This document shows, in pieces, positions 24,348-36,400 of a DNA stretch of 37,543 nucleotides. The notes under the pieces are model-generated. The model was given only the letters and a program-made list of their open reading frames with translations. It had not been told where the DNA came from and did not search any database. How positions within the stretch are numbered: position 1 is the stretch's first letter; every line of letters begins with the position of its first letter. The stretch is taken from the NCBI GenBank assembly GCA_032718475.1, contig JAUCBJ010007827.1, forward strand, positions 1-37,543, read 5' to 3'. This stretch comes from Nemertoderma westbladi. Taxonomy: Eukaryota > Animalia > Xenacoelomorpha. Both the position numbers and the translations under genes were made by a program.

Positions 24348-25100
24348 CCAAGATTTGCTCCCAGTAATTTAACTGGTACTCATTTTATCGACCCCAGTAG
24401 ATGAAAGGCTGAGTGGACCCTGGCGGGGCTGAACCTACATCTAATAGATAGCAGGCCCGGCGCTCAGCCAACTGAACTACCTCGCCGTCTAAAACTATTA
24501 GAGCAAGTTAAATTTTTTTATTTTGGAGTTACCTGTTACAGTATTTACATTGATTTCCCCTTGATCACCCCCCTGTTTCTTCAAATACCCACAAGTAAAA
24601 CCAAGCTGACATACATTATGACGTTTAGAAAGAAAGTTTTGTAAAATATTCCTGTTAAGTAATATTTTTACCTACCAATATGGTGTGGTGAGTCGTGATT
24701 AGGGGATATTCCCTTGTACAGTATCATATTAAATTTTAAATCCATCCTGAGCTCTCAAAGCTTAATGATTGCCTGACTTAGTACAATGAATCAGTGTTGG
24801 CTAGGAAGCTTTACTCGAAACCATGGCAACCAAACAAACAATACTTTATGCAGGTAAAATAATTGTTGGTAATGTAAATTATGTTTCTCAATTAATTGTT
24901 AAATATTACTAGTTGGTTGTTGGACTATAATTATGTAGGTAATATTACTGTATAATGATTAGCGCAAATTATTAATAACAATATTTCTTACCAAATATAT
25001 CTTATAGATTATTTAATTTTGTTTTTAATTTAATAGTAATGATTTAATCAATAATTATTTATTATTTATTTGCTTGTAAATTATAATTTATTGTAAAACT

Positions 25101-25641
25101 ATGGCGGAAGTATCCGCAGTTGTACCCGCTGCTATAGCAACTGAAGATACAACATTAGACAAAAGTTTAGAACAATCAGATGATGCATTGCTCAATACAT
25201 CGGAAGTGGAAGTTACCATAGAAACAGATGTAAAGCACCAGAATAGTAAACATCTTGGGAATATTCTAGAAAGGGAATATAATAGGGGCGGATCGTATCG
25301 CAGGAAACGGAAGCAGTTGCGGATTCGAGAAGCGATCGAACAACAGCAGTTGTTACATCTAAGGAGGAGCATAGATAGTCGTATGCGTCGGCTGCAGGAT
25401 ATATTGTACGGGCCAATAGGGGAAGTGGAGGGTGAGGAAGTTGGACCAATGGGGGACGGGGAGGAAGAGGAGGGTGGGCCAATAGGGGACGGGGAGGATG
25501 AGGAGGGTGGGCCAATAGGAGAGGAGAGAGGGGAGGAGGGTGGGCCAATGGGGGTGGAAGTCAGACCGATTGGGGTAGATATGGAAGATACAATGGAATC
25601 ATGTCAGGATAAGGACAACAAACCAGTTGATGAGGGTTTAG
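25101..25641 (+). CDS. Putative first coding exon of an unknown gene, with acidic GPIGEEE repeats
   Basis: ATG in the context ACTATGG, a GC-richer ORF in AT-rich flanks, and a donor AG|GTAAGC at 25641/25642 (phase 1). Confidence 0.5.
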
Positions 25642-26326
25642 GTAAGCTCTATTGGTTTACGGTTGTAGGCCTACTAACTGTACAGTATGTTGTGACTAAA
25701 GGAGAAGGGAGATGACATAACAAAAACCTAATTTACTTCATTTCTAGGGCGGCAGCAAATTTGAACCACCTGTTTTGCTTTTATCTAAATTCAGTTTTTT
25801 GTTTTTGTGCATAAAATCTCCGTAAAAGGTCTAAATGTCATAAGACTTACTAACTTACTATTCTTTACTTTTTTTAATATTTTTGTATCTGTAATTAATT
25901 GGAACAAATTTAATTAATAAAGGCAGATCGACTTCTAATTTTACCTTTATAATAATTTTAAACACCTAATCAAAAATGTAATCAAAGTCATCAAAGTTGA
26001 AATCATGGATATCTGAATACTATTATTGTTACTATTAATACTAGTAATTAGAAAGCCATGTTTGTAAGTTTAATTGAAAGCTTCTTCTATTGTTTATTTT
26101 AATGTAAAAATTAATTAATATTAAATTCAATATGATGATGACTGTTGCTTGAAATATATTAATATGTAATCGTTATTATATATTTAGTACAATAGTTATT
26201 GTAAATATAAAATAGGCTCTATTATAATATTGCTAGTCTTCTTAATTAATTATATTCTAATTTAAACTTTTATACAACTAATTAAGTTTGCGGGCATCTA
26301 ATCAATGTTAAATATTATAATTACAG

Positions 26327-26744
26327 ATGTTGATAAAGTTAACCTCGGTGGTAACGTTGGAACTACGGAACAACTCCAAGAGAGGATCACAAAAGATACG
26401 AATTCCGACAGACTTTTCGAGCATTTAAACCGATTCCAGGACGTCCGCTTGGGGGCTACGAATCTATTCAAACCTTCGTATTTTTCTAAAGAAGAAGAAA
26501 GCGATTATTTGGGTTGTTTGTTAAAAGCGTTTAAATTTGAAATCGACGCAATTCACAACGACGAAATGTTGGAGTCAGTGGAATGTTCTAGAAGGTTCTG
26601 GAACAGTAGTGAGATTGTTACTCGAGTCGCCTCGAATCCGTCTGTCGACAACATTGACCACTCTTGTCGCCTAGTTACCTCCAAGTATGGGAAGTACAAA
26701 TCTAGTTTCTATGACAACTCACATCGTCACTTGGCGTCTCCAAG
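26327..26744 (+). CDS. Putative second exon of the same unknown gene
   Basis: Branch-like CTAAT at ~26298, acceptor TTACAG| at 26326, phase 1 joining in frame (G+AT = Asp), and a possible donor AAG|GTTTGA at 26744. Confidence 0.5.
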
Positions 26745-26842
26745 GTTTGAGTTTATTGTTTACTTAAATAATCAAATAATTATTGAGTTATAAATATATT
26801 GTTATTGGTCTAGCAGTTCAGTCGTAGTAAGTATTATGAGAA

Positions 26843-27984
26843 CTCGCTCACGCTGGCTCACGCTCGCTCACGTATGTTCAGCATACTTTCATTATATGGG
26901 ATTCCTGATGAAATTATTGCAGCAATCAAATCAGTATACGATGGTTCGACAACATTTGTGTCTACTGTTGACGGTGACACAGAACCATTTGAAGTGTTAT
27001 GGGGCGTCCTCCAAGGAGACACACTTGCACCATTCTTGTTCATTATTGTGGTTGACTATGTTCTACGCATGTCCTTAGATCATCATAATGATGATGGGGT
27101 GATGATAACTCCACCTACTGGCTCCAGAAGTCGAGGAAATCCTGCCAAGTACCTAACTGATCTAGACTTTGCTGATGACTTAGGAGTACTCTCAGAATCA
27201 CTAGAGGGAGCCCAGCGGCTCCTCAGCTCATTAGAACATGCTGCTTCTAGTGTTGGTCTTTTTATTAACTCCAGAAAGACCAAAATTCTGACAGTTAACT
27301 TTGAAAGTCCTCAGCAAGTCTCTGATCGGATGAGCATAAGCTCAAAGGATGGTATGCTTGAGCATGTGGACGACTTCTGTTACCTGGGATCATGGATCCG
27401 GAAGTCAGGTGAGGACCTTCGAATACGTAAGGGAAAGGCATGGGCAGCCTTGAATAGGCTTTCCAGGATTTGGAAGTCACCTAGAATTAATCGGAAAATT
27501 AAGGTCCGATTATTTAGAGCAGCAGTAGTTCCAGTACTCCTCTACGGGAGTCCATGCTGGGCTCTAACTGCTGAGGACATCAAATCTCTGGATGGCACAT
27601 TCACAAGAATGCTACGCCGGGTACATTGTGTCAAGTACAATGCACACATCTCCAACCAGACACTATATAACATTGGAGGTGTCTCATTGGTTCCCCCAAG
27701 CTTGACACTAGAACAAAATCGCCTCCGCTTTGCAGGACATTGCTTTCGCCGTGAGGACCAGCCAGTGCATAATCTTGTACTTTGGCAGCCTCATGGAGTG
27801 AATAAGCATGGTGGACAGCCCATGACTTTCTTGAGACGCATCTTAAAGGACACTGGCCTTAAAGATGCGGATGATCTAGCAAATGTCATGGGTGATAGGG
27901 AGTTGTGGCGGTGCAATTTTGTTGACAAGCCGGCACAGCATTCTTAAAAATGCAGCTGCAATGCAGCATGCCGATCCTAGTAGT
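26843..27984 (+). mobile_element. 5'-truncated RTE-clade LINE with a (TAG)n tail and 13-bp TSD
   Basis: TSD AGTATTATGAGAA at 26830-26842 and 27985-27997. The short 3' UTR has a GCTGCA/TGCAGC hairpin. Confidence 0.88.
26874..27947 (+). CDS. Non-LTR reverse transcriptase, C-terminal part (RTE clade), uninterrupted
   Basis: Motifs GVLQGDTLAPFLF, DLDFADDL, FCYLGSWI, PVLLYGS..W, RLRFAGHCFR. Confidence 0.92.
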   Translation: MFSILSLYGIPDEIIAAIKSVYDGSTTFVSTVDGDTEPFEVLWGVLQGDTLAPFLFIIVVDYVLRMSLDHHNDDGVMITPPTGSRSRGNPAKYLTDLDFADDLGVLSESLEGAQRLLSSLEHAASSVGLFINSRKTKILTVNFESPQQVSDRMSISSKDGMLEHVDDFCYLGSWIRKSGEDLRIRKGKAWAALNRLSRIWKSPRINRKIKVRLFRAAVVPVLLYGSPCWALTAEDIKSLDGTFTRMLRRVHCVKYNAHISNQTLYNIGGVSLVPPSLTLEQNRLRFAGHCFRREDQPVHNLVLWQPHGVNKHGGQPMTFLRRILKDTGLKDADDLANVMGDRELWRCNFVDKPAQHS

Positions 27985-28039
27985 AGTATTATGAGAAACT
28001 GACTCTACTGTACTGTAAATATTATATTATATATAATAA

Positions 28040-28587
28040 TACTACTAAGTCGAGCAAACTCGGACAGTGGAAATGAGATCCTTCCAGGCTTCCCGATTCT
28101 CCATAGTTGTCGCAATTTCGTTTCTCCCAAGTTCAGTATCCCTTTCAAGTTGATCTATATATGTTATGACCGGTCGTCCACGACTACGCTTTCCATGAGT
28201 TGGTTGCCAGAAAAGTAGATCTGGTATGACCTCGTCTTTACTTCGCCAGCACTGCCCACTGAATCTTAATCTGCGTTCACGGAGGGTGGTTAATACAGGT
28301 GGTATTGTACCATAAAGCTCGACGTTTGTCATGTGTTGTCTCCAGCTGATGTTTAGGGCTGCCCTTAGTAGTCTTGTGTAGCAACCATCAATTCGTTGTT
28401 CAAGTGATTTAGTCAGTGTCCATGTCCAGGTCTCACCCCCGTATAAAAATACACTTTTCACTGTGGCTCGAAAGAACTTAGTCGTCAGGTGCCTGGAGAG
28501 ATCTGATTTCCAGATGGTATCCATTTTTGATAGAGCTACCCAAGCCTTTGCTTTCCTAACTTCTATGTCCTTTTTGCTACTCTCTTT
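28040..28587 (-). mobile_element. Second, different RTE-clade LINE 3' fragment
   Basis: KDIEVRKAKAWVALSKMDTIWKS, VFLYGGETW, RRLRFSGQCWR, RGRP, with a TAGTAG tail at the stop codon. Confidence 0.88.
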
Positions 28588-28967
28588 CTGATACGTGTTT
28601 ATAATATAACTTAACGGCAGTGATTTTTTATGTCATTTTATTTGACTTTTTTTGTCATTTTTTTTTTACGAATTATGCATAATGACTTTTGTTGTCCATT
28701 TAATGACTTTTATTGTCATTTTAATGACTTTTTATGTATGTATTTCTTCAAACTGTAAGACTGGTGATTTCTGGACTGTCAGATCGTTGATTTCACTATG
28801 CCTGTGCCAAAACATTCCATGATTCCATGATTTATAGACTATGAGATAGAATTCCATATGCGCCTGTGGTAAAAAGACTCTATATTTAATAGTTTGTGGT
28901 TGTTGCCGATAATCGATTACCACATGACGTAGCAAAACACTCATTTTATAGCCAAAAACAATTACCA

Positions 28968-29895
28968 ATTGATGGAAAGGAGCAGGTTAAGGCCGAGTTT
29001 TCTAACCAAAACAATAAACAGTCACTTTACCAAATCAGGGAAAGGAGCAGGTTACAGAGACGGGATTTTCTAACCAAAACAATAAACGATCACTTAACTA
29101 ATTGAGGGAAAGGAGCAGGTTACAGAGGCGGGATTTTCTAACCAAAACAAAAAACGATCACTTAACTTATTGAGGGAAAGGAGCAGGTTACAGAGGCGGG
29201 ATTTCCTAACCAAAACAATAAACGATAACATTACCAATTGAGGGAAAGGAGCAGGTTACAGAGGCGGGATTATCTAACCAAAACAATAAACGATCATTTA
29301 ACTAATTGAGGGAAAGGTGCAGGTTACAGAGGCGGGATTTTCTAACCAAAACAATAAACGATCATTTAACAAATTGACGGAAAGGGGCAGGTTACAGAGA
29401 CGGGATTTTCTAACCAAAACAATAAACGATAACATTACCAATTGAGAGAAAGGAGCAGGTTACAGAGACGGGATTTTCTAACCAAAACAATAAACGATAA
29501 CATTACCAATTGAGAGAAAGGAGCAGGTTACAGAGGCGGGATTTTCTAACCAAAACAATAAACGATAACATTACCAATTGAGGGAAAGGAGCAGGTTACA
29601 GAGGCGGGATTTTCTAACCAAAACAATAAACGATCATTTAACTAATTGAGGGAAAGGGGCAGGTTACAGAGACGGGATTTTCTAACCAAAACAATAAACG
29701 ATAACATTACCAATTGAGAGAAAGGAGCAGGTTACAGAGGCGGTATTTTCTAACCAAAACAATAAACGATAACATTACCAATTGAGGGAAAGGAGCAGGT
29801 TACAGAGGCGGGATTATCTAACCAAAACAATAAACGATCATTTAGCTAATTGAGGGAAAGGGGCAGATTACAGAGGCGGGATTTTCTAACCAAAC
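28968..29895. repeat. 68-bp tandem repeat, ~13.5 copies
   Basis: Unit ATTGAGGGAAAGGAGCAGGTTACAGAGGCGGGATTTTCTAACCAAAACAATAAACGATCACTTAACTA. Confidence 0.95.
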
Positions 29896-30145
29896 TGTCA
29901 ACGTCTGAGAATGTACGAATCCGTATATACCCTTTATTGGACGAACCTCTTGGCCGTCCGATCCTTTGGGCTAAAAACGGGTCGTTGTTTTCGCTATCAT
30001 TGTGACTACCGGTATCAAACGGTAACGGGGTATAACATGTATAAGTAGTTTTTTCGAGTACGGATGAGTTTATGAACTGATCTGTGCTGTTGGAAGTAGT
30101 GGTGCCGCTATCCGTAACACTACTCAGACAGTAGTCATGATCCAT
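29890..30145 (-). pseudogene. Probable transposase N-terminal fragment with an AT-hook, cut by the 68-bp array
   Basis: Starts MDHDY, contains GRPRGS, and lies inside the MULE-like termini. Confidence 0.4.
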
Positions 30146-30661
30146 TATTGATTATAAAAATATTACAGTAATAGGCCTAAATTATGTGAAAGATATTATT
30201 CTCCTATCAATTATTTAAAATTTATTAGCACAACCGGTAGGCCAGTAGGCCTACCATTACCGTATTTAAATGGTAGGCTACACAGTAGGCCTATAGCAGT
30301 ACCAGTGCCGGTACCGGTACTAAAATACAGAATAACATTAGACTTTTGGATGACATAAAAAATCAAAAAAAAATGACAAAAAAAGGATAAAAACGGACAA
30401 TAAAATTATTGCGTAACTTAACTAGTATACTGTAAGCCTACTGTAATAGGCCTAATACGTTAGTAGAATCAACACTAAATACTTCTAACACTAAATACTA
30501 AACACTAAATAATAATTTCATACTATTTCAATAAAACATCAGCAAAAGGCCAAGACTATTATAAGATTAAAGTTACACATTAACCTTTATTGGCGCGGGC
30601 TATTTCTACTTAGTAATTATATACGATTTGCTTTACTACCGACTTCAATTCATATTTACTA

Positions 30662-31207
30662 ATGAGTTGTAATTTTTTCCGTAGACTCTCGGATACGTGT
30701 TTCCATGGATACAGTCGTTATTGTAAACACTACCAAAAAGTTCCCAACTATAATCTATACCACAACTCAATCGATACGCCACTAGCGGATAAAGAAAGGG
30801 ATGTTAAATCAAATCAATGTAAAGGAAACAGTCCGGAAATAGATATAGATTCTAGCCAATCAGAGGCGATCTACCCAACTTGGGTATCCAATGAGAAACA
30901 GGAGCCAAGTGAGCTGTACCAGTACCTGTATAAAGAAGCGGCACTTCCTAAACCAATCAGCGCGGTGAATGAAAGCAAACAACCAATAGGGTCTCAGGAT
31001 GATTCGATTCAACCACTCAACTGCGCGGATGGCACTGAGCAACCGGAAACTGCCGAGAATGTAGAACTGAAACAGGTAACTACAGCCGATGAACCTGAAG
31101 TTAATGTAAATAATGAAACTGTAGTTGAGGAAGTTGTTGTCCAGGAAACGAGAGAGGAATTAGGTCATATCGTTGAAACTGATGGTGACAAACAGTCTGG
31201 GGAATAA
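30662..31207 (+). CDS. Hypothetical acidic, low-complexity ORF (181 aa)
   Basis: ATG-started ORF that is GC-richer than its flanks. No recognisable motif. Confidence 0.3.
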   Translation: MSCNFFRRLSDTCFHGYSRYCKHYQKVPNYNLYHNSIDTPLADKERDVKSNQCKGNSPEIDIDSSQSEAIYPTWVSNEKQEPSELYQYLYKEAALPKPISAVNESKQPIGSQDDSIQPLNCADGTEQPETAENVELKQVTTADEPEVNVNNETVVEEVVVQETREELGHIVETDGDKQSGE

Positions 31208-31934
31208 TTTGAAGATCTGGACATTAATTACAGGAAAGGAGGTCTATGTATGTAGAAATACTGCACATTGTACAACAATATGTTTTGTTTGTATATAATA
31301 TTAAACATTGAGATATTTTACAGTTATTATAAAAGTGATTTAATCAGGACTTGGAAAGATTAACTCTATAGTGAATTATGTTAAAACATACCTGAACGGT
31401 TATTGGCGGCACCTGTTCGATCCCCGCCGATTGATAATTGATTTTTTCGTTTTATTTCCTAGATAGTAATTAAACCCAAGTCAAGTTTAAATTACTTTAT
31501 ACTATGGATGTTTAAAATAAGATTCATTAGTTATTTTGTTAATTAATTAATTGTTAATTATATTTTACACTGTAAAGATAGAAATAAATGTTGCGGAATT
31601 ATACATTATTATTTATAATATTAATAAATAGATAGAAAAAACAGCCGGTTATTATGACCAAAATTCGTAGCAAACTTCCCCCCCCCCCCCCCCCACGAGA
31701 ACGATTCGCCCCTATAAAAAATACACCTTATTTAGTTTATGTTTGACTGATTATGAAACTATAACCTGTGATATGAATCTCGTTTATTGTTCTGGTTAGA
31801 TTTACATGTCACTGTAACCTGCTCCTTAACTCATACAGTAATTAGTAATGCGACTACCCTCCCATATTTTTGCAAAGTTTATAGCTTATATTTCCATGTA
31901 GTAACTCCCAATATTATTATGTTTGTTGCTATGG

Positions 31935-32400
31935 CGTCCTTTGTGAAGAATACCAGGGTTTTCACATTTTTATTGGAATTTGTTATATTTATGAAGAATT
32001 TGTATTTTTTTTAATTTCTCCTTATTAAGGGCCCATGTGAAGAGTACCAGACTTTCTGCCGATATATTTCACTTTTCAGTTTACCCTATGTGAAACCAGG
32101 TTTTTACTAAAAACACAGGTAACAGAAGGGCTGAATTTAACCAAAACAATAAACTAATTAGTATATGTACAGGTTATAAGACAGAAACAAGCGCTATGAA
32201 ACACTTAATAAAGATAATTAAAAAAAATTAAAAATCTTCATATATAAAATACGAAAAAAAGTCGACCGAAAAGTGAAATCCTGGTATTCTTCACGGGGGC
32301 GTTATTAAGTGTTTTATAACGCTCATTTCTATCTTACAACCTACGTACATTACATATACTGATTCGTTTATTGTTTTGGTTAGTTTCAGCTTCAGCCCTA
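31935..32400. repeat. Cluster of overlapping ~90-bp inverted repeats (MITE-like debris)
   Basis: 31943-32030 pairs with 32203-32295 (GTGAAGAATACCAGG / CCTGGTATTCTTCAC). 32125-32210 pairs with 32302-32392. Confidence 0.55.
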
Positions 32401-33482
32401 ATGTTCTTCAAATCAGAAAACGCTGATATTCTTCAGGCCGCCATCTGTGAACAATTAGGGCATATTACACTACATAGCATATGGTTGGGTTTCTATAGTG
32501 GGAGGCTTTCATTCGATATACAAACAATATCTAATAGTGCCCATACGTATACTGCTGTACATACGGTACACACCCGTAGCTGTTAGTAATGCATGACAAG
32601 CACAAAGCAACTAACAGGAGGGATCAGATTTCCTGCCTATTTCAGGCCAGTTGGTTTTCAACCAATGGGCGTCTGTCTTCCCTTCCCACACTCCACACAT
32701 AGAACTGCCTCGCTCAGATGGCGAACTAACAGCCAGCCGGTTGATTGTACATAGTTCGGGACATCTGGCGTCTCTCAGCACTGCTACCCAACTATAGAGA
32801 GAACCAACTGGAGGTACTAACTACACTACACGCGGCTGTGTAGCTAGGCACACAAAGCTTCTTACTGAGTAACTGTAGGTAGAAGGCCTCCACGCCAGCT
32901 TGCATCCTACACTCTCACATACTGATAACGTTGAATTATTTATTACATATAACTTATTTTTAGATTTTTCATTTTCATAAAATCTCTGCGTTGTTTATTT
33001 CGGCTATTTGTATTAATTTTAGTCATACCATAATATTTAAACTTTCAATTATTTAATAGGCCTAATTACTTTGTTATCTTATTTCTGTAAATTATTTGCT
33101 GATGGATGGGGAGAGACTTTGACGCACTTCTGCAACCTGTTCGCTTCTATATGGGGAAAATTAACAGAAACAGCCCAGCTGTATGAACAAAATAAAACTG
33201 TAATAATATGTGCTATTGACTTCATTGTTTTGGTGCCATTGTAAGTGTTGTAACCTGTTATTTTTCCTTAATCGTTAATTTAACATTGAAACGAGATATC
33301 AATTCGCCGAGATGGAGTTGGGATTTGCATCAATATTACAACCTATCTCAAGTATTGTTGGATTTAGCTGCCTATTCTTGGTTAGGCCTATACGTTTAAT
33401 TGATATTATTATTCTACAGTAGTAATATAATAACAATACAAATACTAGACAAATCCACAAGATGGTGCGCATAAAAATGACT

Positions 33483-36400
33483 TGACTGGCAGTAAGGCAA
33501 TGAACTGGGATGGACTTCAGGCAGTGAACTGGGCTGGACGTCAGGTAGTGAACTGGGCTGGACGTCAGGCAGTGAACTGGGCTGGACGTCAGACAGTGAA
33601 CTGGGCTGGACGTCAGGCAGTGAACTGGGCTGGACGTCAGGCAGTGAACTGGGCTGGCCGCCAGGCAGTGAACTGGGCTGGCCGTCAGCGCGTCAGGCAG
33701 TGAACTGGGCTGGCCGTCAGGCAGTGAACTGGGCTGGACGTCAGGCAGTGAACTGGGCTGGATGTCAGGCAGAGAACTGGGCTAGTCATGCAGTAAACTG
33801 GGCTGGACGTCAGGCAGTGAACTGGGCTGGACGTCAGGCAGTGAACTGGCCTGGACATCAGGCAGTGAACTGGGCTGGCCGTCAGGCAGTGAACTTGGCT
33901 GGAGGTCAGGCAGTGAACTGGGCTGGACGTCAGGCAGTGAACTGGGCTGGTCGTCAGGCAGTGAACTGGGCTGGACGTCAGGCAGTGAACTGGGCTGTCC
34001 ATCAGGCAGTGAACTGGGCTGGAAATCAGGCAGTGAACTGGGCTGGACGTAGGCAATCAACTGGGCTGGACGTCAGGCAGTCAACTGGGCTGGACGTCAG
34101 GCAGTGAACTGGGCTGGACGTCAGGCAGTGAACTGGGCTGGACGTCAGGCAGTGAATTGGGCTGCTGAACGTGAGACAGTGAACTGGGCTGGACGTCAGA
34201 CAGTGAACTGGGCTGGACGTCAGACAGTGAACTGGGCTGGTCGTCAGGCAGTGAACTGGGCCGCTGAACGTGATACAGTGAACTGGGCTGGACGTCAGAC
34301 AGTGAACTGGGCTGGCCGTCAGGCAGTGAACTGGGCTGGACGTCAGACAGTGAACTGGGCTGGCCGTCGGGCAGTGAACTGGGCTGGACGTCAGACAGTG
34401 AACTGGGCTGGCCGTCAGGCAGTGAACTGGGCTGGACGTCAGACAGTGAACTGGGCTGGACGTCAGACAGTGAACTGGGCTGGACGTCAGGCAGTGAACT
34501 GGGCTGGCCGTCGGGCAGTGAACTGGGCTGGACGTCAGACAGTGAACTGGGCTGGACGTCAGACAGTGATCTGGGCTGGCCGTCAGGCAGTGAACTGGGC
34601 TGGCCGTCAGGCAGTGAACTGGGCTGGTCGTCAGGCAGTGAACTGGGCTGGACGTCAGGCAGTGAACTGGGCTGGACGTCAGGCAGTGAACTGGGCTGGA
34701 CGTCAGGCAGTGAACTGGGCTGGACGTCAGGCAGTGAACTGGGCTGGACGTCAGGCGGGGAACTGGGCTGGACGTCAGGCAGTGAACTGGGCTGGCCGTC
34801 AGCGCGTCAGACAGTGAACTGGGCTGGACGTCAGACAGTGAACTGGGCTGGCCGTCAGGCAGTGAACTGGGCTGGACGTCAGGCAGTGAACTGGGCTGGA
34901 CGTCAGGCAGTGAACTGGGCTGGACGTCAGGCAGTGAACTGGGCTGGACGTCAGGCAGTGAACTGGGCTGGACGTCAGGCAGTGAACTGGGCTGGACGTC
35001 AGGCAGTGAACTGGGCTGGACGTCAGGCAGTGAACTGGGCTGTCCGTCAGGCAGTGAACTGGGCTGGACGTCAGGCAGTGAACTGGGCTGGACGTCAGGC
35101 AGTGAACTGGGCTGGACGTCAGGCAGTGAACTGGGCTGGACGTCAGGCAGTGAACTGGGCTGGCCGTCAGGCAGTGAACTGGGCTGGCCGTCAGGCAGTG
35201 AACTGGGCTGGCCGTCGGGCAGTGAACTGGGCTGGACGTCAGACAGTGAACTGGGCTGGCCGTCAGGCAGTGAACTGGGCTGGACGTCAGGCAGTGAACT
35301 GGGCTGGACGTCAGGCAGTGAACTGGGCTGGACGTCAGGCAGTGAACTGGGCTGGACGTCAGGCAGTGAACTGGGCTGGCTGTCAGGCAGTGAACTGGGA
35401 TGGACGTCAGGCAGTGAACTGGGCTGGACGTCAGGCAGTGAACTGGGCTGGACGTCAGGCAGTGAACTGGGCTGGACGTCAGGCAGTGAACTGGGCTGGA
35501 CGTCAGGCAGTGAACTGGGCTGGACGTCAGGCAGTGAACTGGGCTGGCCGTCAGGCAGTGAACTGGGCTGGACGTCAGGCAGTGAACTGGGCTGGACGTC
35601 AGGCAGTGAACTGGGCTGGACGTCAGGCAGTGAACTGGGCTGGACGTCAGGCAGTGAACTGGGCTGTCCGTCAGGCAGTGAACTGGGCTGGACGTCAGGC
35701 ATTGAACTGGGCTGGACGTCAGGCAGTGAACTGGGCTGGACGTCAGGCAGTGAACTGGGCTGGACGTCAGATGGGGAACTGGGCTGGACGTCAGGCAGTG
35801 AACTGGGCTGGCCGTCAGCGCGTCAGACAGTAAACTGGGCTGGACGTCAGACAGTAAACTGGGCTGGACGTCAGGCAGTGAACTGGGCTGGACGTCAGGC
35901 AGTGAACTGGGCTGGTCGTCAGGCATTGAACTGGGCTGGACGTCAGGCAGTGAACTGGGCTGGACGTCAGGCAGTGAACTGGGCTGGACGTCAGGCAGTG
36001 AACTGGGCTGGACGTCAGGAAGTGAACTGGGCTGGCCGTCAGGCAGTGAACTGGGCTGGTCGTCAGGCAGTGAACTGGGCTGGACGTCAGGCAGTGAACT
36101 GGGCTGGACGCCAGGCAGTGAACTGGGCTGGACGTCAGGCAGTGAACTGAGCTGGTCGTCAGGCAGTGAACTGGGCTGGACGTCAGGCAGTGAACTGGGC
36201 TGGCCGTCAGTGGGTGAACTGGGCTGGCCGTCAGGCAGTGAACTGGCTGGGCTGGACGTCAGGCAGTGAACTGGCTGGGCTGGACGTCAGGCAGCTGAAC
36301 TGGTCTGGACGTCCGGCAGTGAACTGGGCTGGACGTCAGGCAGTGAACTGGGCTGGACGTCAGGCAGTGAACTGGGCTGGACGTCAGGCAGTGAACTGGG

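Larger units (their letters stand above)
19568..24486 (-). mobile_element. tRNA-derived SINE with a Nin/Deu-like central domain, inflated by internal satellite expansion
   Basis: Head at 24486-24421 has an A-box (TAGTTCAGTTGG) and B-box (GGTTCAGCCC). The core is CCACTCAGCCTTTCATC...GGTCGATAAAATGAGTACCAG. The tail at 19630-19568 has a GACCC-TTC-GGGTC hairpin and (TTGC)n. Confidence 0.7.
28616..30413 (-). mobile_element. Mutator-like (MULE) DNA transposon remnant with a 9-bp TSD
   Basis: TAACTTAAC flanks both ends (28607-28615 and 30414-30422). Termini are GGCAGTGATTTT and rc CGCAATAATTTT, with subterminal TTTTGTC repeats in inverted orientation. Confidence 0.7.

Noticed and set aside
19470-24404. 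Long ORFs with GATPICYPKVGV and TLDIFQHSIF repeats
   Set aside because: They are translations of tandem repeats that lack stops, with sporadic stops in variant units and no gene structure.
24421-24486. tRNA gene on the minus strand
   Set aside because: A and B boxes are present but the cloverleaf is poor, and it continues into a SINE core.
31395-31430. GTTCGATCCC B-box-like motif
   Set aside because: No convincing A-box or tRNA/SINE body nearby.
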